Assembly (NCBI GenBank): GCA_011389815.1
Contig: JAABTP010000020.1
Span: 1 to 24,000 of the forward strand
From: Desulfobulbaceae bacterium
GTDB lineage: Bacteria > Desulfobacterota > Desulfobulbia > Desulfobulbales > Desulfobulbaceae
Reading direction: 5' to 3'
Length of the DNA stretch: 24,000 nt
Shown here: piece after piece, positions 1-7,805 of the stretch
Layout: each line of letters starts with the position of its first letter
Position numbering within the stretch: position 1 is the first letter of the stretch
Program-made: the position numbers and the translations under genes
The notes under the pieces: generated by a model
Database searches by the model: none
Told to the model about the DNA's origin: nothing
Seen by the model: the letters and a program-made list of their open reading frames with translations, nothing else

Positions 1-2
1 CT

Positions 3-614
3 GCGCTCTACTTTCCATATGAAGGACCGTATTCTGGTAGAGGGCCGCACAAAAAGTACGGGGATCGACTGGATTACACCAATATTCCAAAACAATATCT
101 CAAATCATTTACTGTCGAGAATAACATTCGTACCGACATTTATCAAATGACCATGCGTCACAAGAAGTTTGCAAATCAACTCAACGTGGTCATCATTGTC
201 AAAACCAACCTGAAGACTCTGAAAAGTGCCCGTGCCGTATTATTCAGTTCTGACCTGGAGTTGGCCTATGACAAGCTGATCAAATATTACAGGTTGCGCT
301 TCCAGATTGAGTTCAACTTCCGTGATGCTAAACAGTACTGGGGGCTTGATGATTTTATGAACATCAAAGAGCAGCAAGTCTGCAACGCAGCCAACCTCGC
401 TTTTTTCATGGTCAATGTATCACATATTCTGCGTCGTCGATCTGAGTTTTCAGGCATGAGTGTCATTGACCTGAAAGCCTGGTTCCGAGCGGGTAGATAC
501 GTCCGTGAAACATTAAAATTGCTTCCGCAAATTCCAGAAGGTATTTCTATTCAATCCATCGCTAATCAAGTAGCCGTTCTTGGGCGAGTTAATACGCCAG
601 AAGAGGTGCTTTAA
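3..614 (+). CDS. IS4-family DDE transposase, C-terminal part (5' end outside the window)
   Basis: The frame is open from base 3 (ALYFPYEGPYSGRGPHKKYGDRLDY...) and continues into the tracked ORF 147..614. It contains YRLRFQIEFNFRDAK, which matches the Y-x2-R-x3-E-x6-K signature of IS4-type DDE transposases. Stop TAA at 612-614. Confidence 0.75.
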   Translation, partial: ALYFPYEGPYSGRGPHKKYGDRLDYTNIPKQYLKSFTVENNIRTDIYQMTMRHKKFANQLNVVIIVKTNLKTLKSARAVLFSSDLELAYDKLIKYYRLRFQIEFNFRDAKQYWGLDDFMNIKEQQVCNAANLAFFMVNVSHILRRRSEFSGMSVIDLKAWFRAGRYVRETLKLLPQIPEGISIQSIANQVAVLGRVNTPEEVL

Positions 615-661
615 TGGCGATGGTATTGACAATACACAAGACGATATTATTACGCTATGGC

Positions 662-1696
662 TTATTTGCCAAAATTACAGACCGGATATTGACAGTGTTT
701 ACAGTTGCGACAAAGCCCCCCATGTCCCATCGCAGCGAATTGCTCCCGACCAATGGATTCACCAGTAAGGATGCGAGGGAGGATCAAATCAAACACTGTG
801 ATCTTATGAAACATTCCGCAGGCAGGCAGACCAAGGACTGGCACCTCCCCTATCCGGCCCACAAGAAACATGGCACCAGGCAGGACCGGAGTTCCATAAA
901 CCCTGTCCACGGCCCCGGCTTCCCGGATACCGGTTCGGGTAACATCGTCAGGATCCACAGACATCCCACCAGAGGTAATGATCAGGTCAGCACCGGCTTG
1001 CAGGCAAAGGCGAATCTCTGCTGCAATGCGACTGGCATCATCCGGGGCAAAGCCTACCCGGATCACTTCTGAGCCCAGTTCAGCCATCTTTTCCCGGAGC
1101 ACAGCCTCGAATTTGTCCTCAATCCTGCCGTAATAAACTTCACTGCCTGTAACAACCAGGCCAGCCTTGACCTTTGGCAGGGGCAAAACCTGAACGATCT
1201 TCTCACCTGAGTCAGTAGAGCGGGCAATGTTAACTCCTTTCTCAACCAGGGAACGCTCTCCCACCAGAGGAATCAAGCGGGTGGCAGCCACCTGCTCTCC
1301 TTTTTTTACCGGAGTATTGGTATGGAGGCTGGAACACATGATCTCACCCAGCAGATTAAAACGATACAGGGCCTCTTTGTCAATTTTAAGCAGACCATCA
1401 TAGGCTGCGCAAAGCGATGCCTTGCCTTCTGTCACCTTGCCTGAATGTTCCACTCCCTGCCCGGCCAGGGCTGTAGCCAACAGACGGGCAGCCTCATCTT
1501 CATGAATTTCTCCCTCTGAAAGCTCTAAAACATAAATATGCTCTTTGCCCAGGCGGCGCAAATGCTCAATATCTTCCAAGCGAAGAATATGCCCCTTGCG
1601 AAAGGCACATCCTTTAAATTCCCCCTGGACAATTTCTGTAATATCATGAGGGAGCACCATTCCAACGGCCTGATCTACCGGTATACGTTTTTTCAT
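662..1696 (-). CDS. MoeA-like molybdopterin-binding (MoCF_biosynth domain) protein with a C-terminal Cys cluster
   Basis: Part of tracked ORF 662..2158. I place the start at the ATG at 1696-1694 (MKKRIPVDQAVGMVLPHD...), which is preceded by GGAG. The LIITSGGMSVDPDDVT motif is typical of MoCF biosynthesis domains. The C-terminus is CRNCKHCQYPVC. The 154 codons upstream of this ATG overlap the Trm112-like gene region and look non-coding. Confidence 0.7.
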   Translation of the reverse strand: MKKRIPVDQAVGMVLPHDITEIVQGEFKGCAFRKGHILRLEDIEHLRRLGKEHIYVLELSEGEIHEDEAARLLATALAGQGVEHSGKVTEGKASLCAAYDGLLKIDKEALYRFNLLGEIMCSSLHTNTPVKKGEQVAATRLIPLVGERSLVEKGVNIARSTDSGEKIVQVLPLPKVKAGLVVTGSEVYYGRIEDKFEAVLREKMAELGSEVIRVGFAPDDASRIAAEIRLCLQAGADLIITSGGMSVDPDDVTRTGIREAGAVDRVYGTPVLPGAMFLVGRIGEVPVLGLPACGMFHKITVFDLILPRILTGESIGREQFAAMGHGGLCRNCKHCQYPVCNFGK

Positions 1697-1888
1697 GTTT
1701 TCTCCGGTCTCTGTTCGAGTTTTACTGTCAGTAGCATTTTTTTTTGGTATACTCTGCCATACTATTGCATTCTCATTATCTTTTAAAGGAATTATTCCAC
1801 ACCCCATCTTACCTATTAGAGAAGGGGGAACAAAATATGATAGCAGTACTTTCATATACAACAAACCCATCAAAACAACATAACAAAA

Positions 1889-2083
1889 ATGAAAAAAGAA
1901 CTCCTTGACATTATCGCCTGTCCGCAATGCAAAGGCTCCGTAGAACTCCGTAACGATAAAAATGTCCTGCTCTGCCATACCTGCCAGCTGGCCTATGCCA
2001 TCCGTGATGGCATTCCTATCATGATTATTGAGGAAGCCAAACCCATCTCCTCCTTCTCTGAGATTTCCTCGCAATCGGCCTGA
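1889..2083 (+). CDS. Trm112/YcaR-family small zinc-ribbon protein (UPF0434)
   Basis: 64 aa. MKKELLDIIACPQCKGSVEL...LLCHTCQLAYAIRDGIPIMIIEEA has the CPxC...CxxC plus DGIP(I/V)M pattern characteristic of the Trm112p-like family. Confidence 0.8.
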   Translation: MKKELLDIIACPQCKGSVELRNDKNVLLCHTCQLAYAIRDGIPIMIIEEAKPISSFSEISSQSA

Positions 2084-2111
2084 TTCGGGCCAAACGAGGT
2101 CACAATATCTC

Positions 2112-3257
2112 ATGGACTTCAGCATTATCTCCAAAGCCTTTAGCATCTGGTTTGTCACCTCGCTGCCTGATTTTGGTCAATACGAATTTGGACAACGCTT
2201 CACAGCTATCTGTTTTTATATCATCCTGGCCAAGGCCGCAGATATCATAATTAACAAAGTGTTGCTCAGGATCGCCATCCGAACCAGCTTTGATGTGGAT
2301 GAGCATTTTGTTCGCTTTATCCGGCGCCCTGCAGTGATCTCCGTGCTTCTGCTTGGTCTCCTCCATGCCACCCTGCTGGAACCGGTATTCCCTGCCCCCT
2401 GGCAGACTGTCCTGCCCAATGTAATTAAAACTTTAATTCTGGCAGTCTGGTGGATCGCCCTGATTCGGGAAATCACGGTGATGAATGAAAACAACACAGG
2501 CTGGGCTGTACGCAAGTTTGACAAGACCAGGTTCTACATGCTCAAAAATATCTCCAGGATTATTCTGCTTTTTCTCGGGATTATCTGGGGACTGATCATC
2601 TGGAATGTCAACCTAACGCCTTTATTTGCCTCGGCAGGTATTGTGGGTATCGCCATTGCCTTGGCTGCCAAGGATACCTTGGCCAACTTTTTTGGCGGCA
2701 TTGCCCTGTTCACTGATGCTGCGTACAAGGTGGGTGATTATATTATTCTTGAAAGCGGCGAACGAGGTGAAGTTGTGGAGTTGGGCATTCGCTCCACCAA
2801 GATCAAGACCAGGGATGACGTATTGATCACTATTCCCAATTCTATTATGTCCACCACCAAGATCATCAACCAGTCTGCACCAGAGGTCAACTTCCGAATT
2901 CGCATTGATGTGAGTGTGAGCTATGACAGTAATCTTCGGGAGGTGGAAAAGACCTTGCTCCAGGTGGCTGCATCTCATCATGCCCTGGAAAAAAAGCCAG
3001 AGCCCAGAGTTCGGTTCCGCCGTTTTGACGATTCAGGTATTTTTCTTCAATTGCTGGTCTGGATTGAAGAGCCTGCCCAGCGAGGTCTGCAAACCCATAA
3101 TCTGCTCAAAATGATTCATATCGCTTTTAAAGAGCAAGGCATTGAGATACCCTTTCCGCAAAGAACCTTACACTTTGATGCAGGTAAAGCAGAATCCCTT
3201 ACTCTTTCTCCTGAAAAAGATGCCGGTCAGGCAAAAACGGACTGTACGACAAGGTAA
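2112..3257 (+). CDS. MscS-family small-conductance mechanosensitive channel
   Basis: Tracked ORF 2028..3257. Start chosen at ATG 2112 (MDFSIISKAF...) to avoid overlap with the Trm112-like gene. It has N-terminal TM helices followed by the conserved MscS core (LANFFGGIALFTDAAYKVGDYIILESGERGEVVELGIRSTKIKTRDDVLITIPNS). Confidence 0.8.
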   Translation: MDFSIISKAFSIWFVTSLPDFGQYEFGQRFTAICFYIILAKAADIIINKVLLRIAIRTSFDVDEHFVRFIRRPAVISVLLLGLLHATLLEPVFPAPWQTVLPNVIKTLILAVWWIALIREITVMNENNTGWAVRKFDKTRFYMLKNISRIILLFLGIIWGLIIWNVNLTPLFASAGIVGIAIALAAKDTLANFFGGIALFTDAAYKVGDYIILESGERGEVVELGIRSTKIKTRDDVLITIPNSIMSTTKIINQSAPEVNFRIRIDVSVSYDSNLREVEKTLLQVAASHHALEKKPEPRVRFRRFDDSGIFLQLLVWIEEPAQRGLQTHNLLKMIHIAFKEQGIEIPFPQRTLHFDAGKAESLTLSPEKDAGQAKTDCTTR

Positions 3258-3556
3258 TCTATTAAGCGATATTTAAAAGCAGGTAACAGGCAAACCGTTG
3301 TCAGCAGGATCAAAGCGTTCCAGGTGGTTCACGTCTTTCTTCCCATCCGGGAAAATCACTTGGATTAAGATGAAATATTTCTTAGAATATCCTCCAATGA
3401 AGAAGATTATTGTGCAGAAGGAACGAGATGAATGCAGTTCTAATCAGCACGCTCTTGATTACATATTAAAGATATAATTTTTCAATCTGTCTCTAACCTT
3501 TCAATATCATGTATTATGATATGATGATAAACCATACAGACGAACCCCTTCTTTTC

Positions 3557-4474
3557 ATGAAAATGCTTATAAAAAAAATAACCTTTATCCTGATCGGCTT
3601 ACTCTTTCTTGCAGCCGCAGTGCTTCCTGCCCATGCAGAGCCTCTGCCTGTCTTTGTCTCTATCCCACCGCAAAAATGGTTAGTTGAACAAATAGGCGGT
3701 GATTTGGTCAACACCCAGGTTCTGCTGGAAAAGGGTCAGGAACCACATACCTACCAGCCAAGCCCGGAAAAGATAACCACCCTTTTTCGTTCCCGCCTTT
3801 ATTTTACCATTGACATGCCCTTTGAACGAGAAATCGCCCGAAAAATAATCCATAAAAAAAAGACAGAGGAAGGTCTCCAACTTATCGACACAACAACCGG
3901 CATCAAAAAAATCCCTATAGTTTCCTCTTCTGGTGCCCATCATAATCATCATGCCCATGAAAATGATCAAGATCAGGAACACGCAGATCCTCATCTCTGG
4001 CTTGACCCGCGCAATGGAAAGATAATGGCCACAGCCATAGCAGAGGCCTTAGCAACCGCTGACCCCAAAAATACAGCTATCTATCAACAAAATAATAAAA
4101 AGGTCAATGAACGTCTGACCCTGCTCCACCAGGAATTGAGACACCAACTCGCCCCCTTTCAAGGTGCAAGCTTTTATGTGTTCCATCCGGCCTTTGGTTA
4201 CTTTGCCCATGCCTATGGGCTGCACCAAAAGGCTGTAGAAACCGAAGGCAAGGCTCCTTCACCTAAGCAGCTCTATGCCTTAGTGAAACAGGCAAAAAAA
4301 GACAAGATCAAGGTACTCTTTATCCAACCCCAGTTTGACAAAAAAAATGCCTTAACTGTGGCCCAAGCCATTAAGGGTGATCTGGTGAAACTGGACCCGC
4401 TCACAGCAAATATAGAACACAACCTCAGACAGATGGCCAATGCTATCCAAATGGCTCTCACACCTGATATCTGA
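3557..4474 (+). CDS. znuA: Zinc ABC transporter substrate-binding protein (ZnuA-like, cluster A-I SBP) with a His-rich loop
   Basis: Tracked ORF 3509..4474. The signal peptide is MKMLIKKITFILIGLLFLAAAVLPAHA. The His/Asp-rich loop GAHHNHHAHENDQDQEHADPHLWLDP is typical of Zn-specific ZnuA. The start is ambiguous (3509, 3557 or 3563) and none has an obvious SD. Confidence 0.8.
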   Translation: MKMLIKKITFILIGLLFLAAAVLPAHAEPLPVFVSIPPQKWLVEQIGGDLVNTQVLLEKGQEPHTYQPSPEKITTLFRSRLYFTIDMPFEREIARKIIHKKKTEEGLQLIDTTTGIKKIPIVSSSGAHHNHHAHENDQDQEHADPHLWLDPRNGKIMATAIAEALATADPKNTAIYQQNNKKVNERLTLLHQELRHQLAPFQGASFYVFHPAFGYFAHAYGLHQKAVETEGKAPSPKQLYALVKQAKKDKIKVLFIQPQFDKKNALTVAQAIKGDLVKLDPLTANIEHNLRQMANAIQMALTPDI

Positions 4475-4505
4475 TATGTACCGGAAAAATTAACAAATTT
4501 ATTTT

Positions 4506-5261
4506 ATGAAGGATGTCGCGATCCGCATCAGAGACCTTAACTATTCCTATGATGATATCCCTGTGCTCACCAATGTTCATCTGGATGTCTTCCCAGGGGA
4601 TTCCGCTATTATTATCGGCCCAAATGGCGGCGGCAAGACAACTCTCATTAAGCTCATCCTTGGTCTGGAACACCCTGATAAGGGAGAGATTCGTGTCTAT
4701 GGCAATGAACCAGAACAGGAGCGAATCAGAATAGGCTATGTGCCCCAGTACGCCCGCTATGATCCCAAATTCCCTATCTCTGTGTTGGATGTGGTCTGTA
4801 TGGGTCGACTGGGCAATTCTCTGAGTGGTCGGTATACTGGTCACGATAAAGAGATCGCTCAGGAATCCCTTGCTGCCGTAAATCTGGCAGCCTTGAGCCA
4901 ACGTCCTTTTTCAGCGCTCTCTGGTGGTCAGCGACAACGGGTTCTTATTGCCCGGGCCTTGGCAGCTGAAGGTGATATTCTTATCCTTGATGAACCCACA
5001 GCCAGTCTGGATCAACAATCTGAAGAGCAGCTCTTTACCATGCTGGCAGAGCTCAATAAAAATATGATCATCCTCATGGTAACCCATGAAATAGGGGTTT
5101 CTCCCAGTCTTTTTCAGCGGGTCATCTGTGTTAATAATCAGGTCCACATCCATCCAACCAGCGAACTTACCGGCGAATTGCTCCGTGATATGTATGGCAG
5201 CGACTTACGCATGATTCGCCATGATCATCGTTGCTGTCCAGGAGGACACGAGCATGATTGA
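4506..5261 (+). CDS. znuC: Zinc/metal ABC transporter ATP-binding protein
   Basis: Walker A GPNGGGKTT, ABC signature LSGGQRQRVLIARAL and Walker B ILILDEPT. It lies between the SBP and permease genes. The C-terminal tail is HDHRCCPGGHEHD. Confidence 0.85.
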   Translation: MKDVAIRIRDLNYSYDDIPVLTNVHLDVFPGDSAIIIGPNGGGKTTLIKLILGLEHPDKGEIRVYGNEPEQERIRIGYVPQYARYDPKFPISVLDVVCMGRLGNSLSGRYTGHDKEIAQESLAAVNLAALSQRPFSALSGGQRQRVLIARALAAEGDILILDEPTASLDQQSEEQLFTMLAELNKNMIILMVTHEIGVSPSLFQRVICVNNQVHIHPTSELTGELLRDMYGSDLRMIRHDHRCCPGGHEHD

Positions 5262-6123
5262 ACTGTGGGACGCACTGACTGACCCGGACCTGCCCTTTCT
5301 CCGCTACGCCCTCATCACTGGCCTGCTTGCCTCAATTTCCTTTGGTATTATTGGTACCTTTGTCGTTGTGCGCAGAATTACCTATATTGCCGGTGCGATT
5401 TCCCATTGTGTTCTGGCAGGCATTGGTGGAGGACTCTATCTGCAAAATGTGGTGGGTATCCCCTGGATCACCCCGGTTCGAGGGGCTGTTCTTGTTGCCC
5501 TGTTGGCTGCCCTCCTCCTGGCCCAGGTCAGTAAAAATGGGGGCCAACGGGAAGATTCCATTATCGGTGCCCTTTGGGCAGGCGGCATGTCTATTGGTTT
5601 TCTGTTTATCGCAGTCACTCCAGGCTATTTTGACCCGATGTCCTATCTCTTTGGCAATATCCTGCTCATCAGCAAAAATGACATCTATTTTGTCATTATC
5701 CTTGATTGTGCTATCCTGGCAGTGGTAGGAATCTTTTATAATAAACTGGTTGCTCTCTGTTTTGATGAGGAATACACCCAGCTTCGAGGGGTGCATACGC
5801 GCTGGCTCTATCTTTTACTCCTTTGCCTGACCGCCTTAACCATTGTTTTGCTTGTTCGTATTGTTGGTATTATCATGGTTATTGCGCTGCTGACCCTGCC
5901 TGCTGCCATTGCTGGAACTATGGCCTCGGGTATTCGCCAGCTGATGTTTATTGCAACCCTGCTCTCTGGCCTTTTTATTGTCAGTGGCCTTGGAGTCAGC
6001 TTTTCTCTTGATCTGCCCAGTGGTCCGGTTATCATTCTCATTGCAACAAACTGCTATCTGCTCAGCCTCGGCTTTGGAAAAAAATGGCGTAAGAAAACAG
6101 AAAGAAACAATTCTCTATGCTAA
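5254..6123 (+). CDS. znuB: Zinc/metal ABC transporter permease (ABC-3 family)
   Basis: Tracked ORF 5221..6123. Start chosen at ATG 5254 (MIELWDAL...), which is preceded by GGAGGA and overlaps the znuC stop (ATGATTGA). The protein is polytopic and hydrophobic throughout, like ZnuB/MntB. Confidence 0.8.
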   Translation: MIELWDALTDPDLPFLRYALITGLLASISFGIIGTFVVVRRITYIAGAISHCVLAGIGGGLYLQNVVGIPWITPVRGAVLVALLAALLLAQVSKNGGQREDSIIGALWAGGMSIGFLFIAVTPGYFDPMSYLFGNILLISKNDIYFVIILDCAILAVVGIFYNKLVALCFDEEYTQLRGVHTRWLYLLLLCLTALTIVLLVRIVGIIMVIALLTLPAAIAGTMASGIRQLMFIATLLSGLFIVSGLGVSFSLDLPSGPVIILIATNCYLLSLGFGKKWRKKTERNNSLC

Positions 6124-6141
6124 GATTTGTCAATAAAAAAC

Positions 6142-6170
6142 TTGAGTATTGTATAAAATTCCGATACTAT
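6142..6170 (+). promoter_or_regulatory. Candidate sigma70-type promoter upstream of the lipoprotein cluster
   Basis: TTGAGT (6142-6147), a 17-nt spacer, then TACTAT (6165-6170), about 75 nt upstream of the ATG at 6245. This is motif matching by eye only. Confidence 0.3.
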
Positions 6171-6244
6171 CCCATATAAGAAGAAGAGTACTTTGAGGAA
6201 ATAGTGTTATATTATACAGATAATCTTCAGGAAGTGGGGATATT

Positions 6245-6388
6245 ATGAAAAAACCAGGAATCTTATGTATTGTACTATCTCTTGCCGCTCTGATCCTGAG
6301 CGGGTGCTATTACGCACCGCCGACATCCCGGACAGTTGATACCTACTCAACATCAACACATACTGTCCGAACCTCCACCCATTACTGA
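6245..6388 (+). CDS. 47-aa lipoprotein (not in the ORF track), paralogous to the N-terminus of the next gene
   Basis: My translation is MKKPGILCIVLSLAALILSGCYYAPPTSRTVDTYSTSTHTVRTSTHY*. It has the lipobox LSGC. The mature part aligns with residues after the lipobox of the 6450 ORF (PTSRSVHTYTSTTRTVSTSTHS). A purine-rich GGGGA lies upstream of the ATG. Confidence 0.6.
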   Translation: MKKPGILCIVLSLAALILSGCYYAPPTSRTVDTYSTSTHTVRTSTHY

Positions 6389-6449
6389 GGAGTACACCCT
6401 ACTAACATTGCGCAACAATGTTGCACTGTATTGAGGAGATGAAGAACTC

Positions 6450-7298
6450 ATGAAAATAAAAACCTTATTACTAACTCCAATCCTTGCTGCCAGCTTACTG
6501 AGCGCATGCGGGTTCTACGGAGAACCGACATCTCGGTCAGTCCATACCTATACTTCAACTACCAGGACCGTTTCGACCTCAACCCATTCTGGAACCAGGT
6601 CAAAGCAAGCCGTAAAACGGACCTATACACCTATAGTCCGCTCTTCAACCCCTGTTGTGCGTACTTCTGCGCCCTCTTCACGGGTAATACGCTCCTCCAC
6701 ACCAACAGTTCGAACCTACAAACCAATAGTGCGCAATTCTTCGTCGTCTGTCCGAACCTATCGCCCGGTAGTGCGTAATTCTTCGTCCTCTGTCCGAACC
6801 TATCGCCCGGTAGTCCGTAATTCTTCATCGGTTATTCTGCCATATAGTCGTCCTATTGTACGTTCCTCCTCATCATCATCAATAATACGCAACTACAGCT
6901 CTGGAACTTATACGCCAAGGACGCGTTCGTACTCTTCAACAAGAAGAACTCCGATCATAACGCGGCCGGTGTTACCGTCACGCTATGTCAATAAACGATA
7001 TAATGCCCCGACAACAACTCCCAGAATGCCAACGACAAAAATCACGCTTCCCTCTTTTACTACCCCTTCAAGACCGCAATTTGTTGTACCATCAACACCT
7101 TCCCCCTCGAAAATGAGGTCTACCGTTACATCGCGTTCAATACGCTCTACCGTTACACCGCGCCCAACAAGGTCTACAGTTACACCACGTTCAACAAGGT
7201 CTTATGCGCCTCAATACGACAGCAACTACTGTCCGCCGCCATTACCAAAGCCAAAACCAGCACCAAACTACTGTCCACCTGAGCCGTGTTGCCCGTAG
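6450..7298 (+). CDS. Hyper-basic Ser/Thr/Arg/Pro-rich repeat lipoprotein with a Cys-Pro C-terminus
   Basis: GAGGAG SD. The signal peptide is MKIKTLLLTPILAASLLSAC (lipobox LSAC). It has in-frame tandem repeats (NSSSSVRTYRPVVR and STVTxRxxR) and ends NYCPPPLPKPKPAPNYCPPEPCCP. I do not recognise the family. Confidence 0.8.
   Translation: MKIKTLLLTPILAASLLSACGFYGEPTSRSVHTYTSTTRTVSTSTHSGTRSKQAVKRTYTPIVRSSTPVVRTSAPSSRVIRSSTPTVRTYKPIVRNSSSSVRTYRPVVRNSSSSVRTYRPVVRNSSSVILPYSRPIVRSSSSSSIIRNYSSGTYTPRTRSYSSTRRTPIITRPVLPSRYVNKRYNAPTTTPRMPTTKITLPSFTTPSRPQFVVPSTPSPSKMRSTVTSRSIRSTVTPRPTRSTVTPRSTRSYAPQYDSNYCPPPLPKPKPAPNYCPPEPCCP
6735..6830 (+). repeat. In-frame 42-bp tandem repeat (about 2.3 copies) encoding NSSSSVRTYRPVVR
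   Basis: 6735-6776 and 6777-6818 differ at only a few bases (aattcttcgtcNtctgtccgaacctatcgcccggtagtNcgt). A third partial copy starts at 6819. Confidence 0.9.
7119..7199 (+). repeat. In-frame 27-bp tandem repeat x3 encoding STVT(S/P)R(S/P)(I/T)R
   Basis: The units are 7119-7145, 7146-7172 and 7173-7199 (tctacNgttacaNc...), all in the frame of the 6450 ORF. Confidence 0.85.
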
Positions 7299-7478
7299 AC
7301 AAAAAAATCATCCTTGTTCAATCAACTTTCACTGGAAGATCCAATGAGAAAAAACAGGGAAGCTGATATGTTGTTTCTTAACCGTTACAAAAACAAGCGT
7401 AACACACATAACACAATCGGTTCTCAGAAAGAGTACCGGTTATTTTCTCTCATCTATAAAAAAGAGGTAAAAAAAATC

Positions 7479-7727
7479 ATGAAAAAACTTACCACGTTCC
7501 TTTCTCTGGTTGCAGCAGCTATTATTCTAAATGGTTGTTATATTGGTCCGTATGCATACCAACGCGGTTACAAATGCTCGCCAGAACCCATGAAAGTTGA
7601 TTTGTCTCCTCTAAAAGTAGACATGCTTCCTGTACAGGTAGAGGTGGAAAAAAAGAAAAAACCTCAACCAGATTGCCCCACCTGTCAACCTGCCTGCAAT
7701 ACCTGCAGACCTTCCTGCGCCTACTAA
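7479..7727 (+). CDS. 82-aa lipoprotein with a C-terminal Cys cluster
   Basis: Part of tracked ORF 7314..7727. Start chosen at ATG 7479 after AGAGG. The sequence is MKKLTTFLSLVAAAIILNGC (lipobox LNGC) ... DCPTCQPACNTCRPSCAY. Confidence 0.75.
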   Translation: MKKLTTFLSLVAAAIILNGCYIGPYAYQRGYKCSPEPMKVDLSPLKVDMLPVQVEVEKKKKPQPDCPTCQPACNTCRPSCAY

Positions 7728-7805
7728 GCAGGCTTGATAAAGGAGGCCCCTTCAGCTCGCTTCAGCCGGGGGCCCCTATCTTTTTCATACAATGGATATA
7801 ATGTC

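Noticed and set aside
614-1072. Plus-strand ORF of 152 aa
   Set aside because: It is entirely antisense to the recognisable MoeA-like CDS, and it has no motif and no SD.
2028-2111. Upstream start for the MscS gene as given in the ORF track
   Set aside because: It would overlap the last 56 nt of the Trm112-like gene and add a Pro/Arg/Ser-rich non-membrane leader. ATG 2112 gives a normal N-terminus.
1697-2158. N-terminal 154-codon extension of the tracked minus-strand ORF 662..2158
   Set aside because: The extension overlaps the Trm112-like gene and the start of the MscS gene on the other strand and has odd composition. An internal ATG at 1696 has a GGAG SD and begins a sequence typical of the MoCF-domain family.
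3370-3474. 34-codon plus-strand ORF (MKYFLEYPPMKKIIVQKERDECSSNQHALDYILKI) between the MscS gene and znuA
   Set aside because: It has no convincing SD, no signal or hydrophobic segment, and sits in an AT-rich spacer. Evidence is insufficient to call a gene.
4458-4901. Minus-strand ORF of 147 aa antisense to znuC, plus similar antisense or alternative-frame ORFs inside znuA, znuB and the MscS gene
   Set aside because: The sense-strand genes have clear family motifs. These ORFs are shadow ORFs with no signals of their own.
6735-6830. Possible CRISPR or non-coding tandem array here, and also at 7119-7199 and 9538-9738
   Set aside because: The repeats are directly adjacent without spacers and have unit lengths divisible by three. 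They stay in the frame of long ORFs with signal peptides, so they are coding tandem repeats, not CRISPR.
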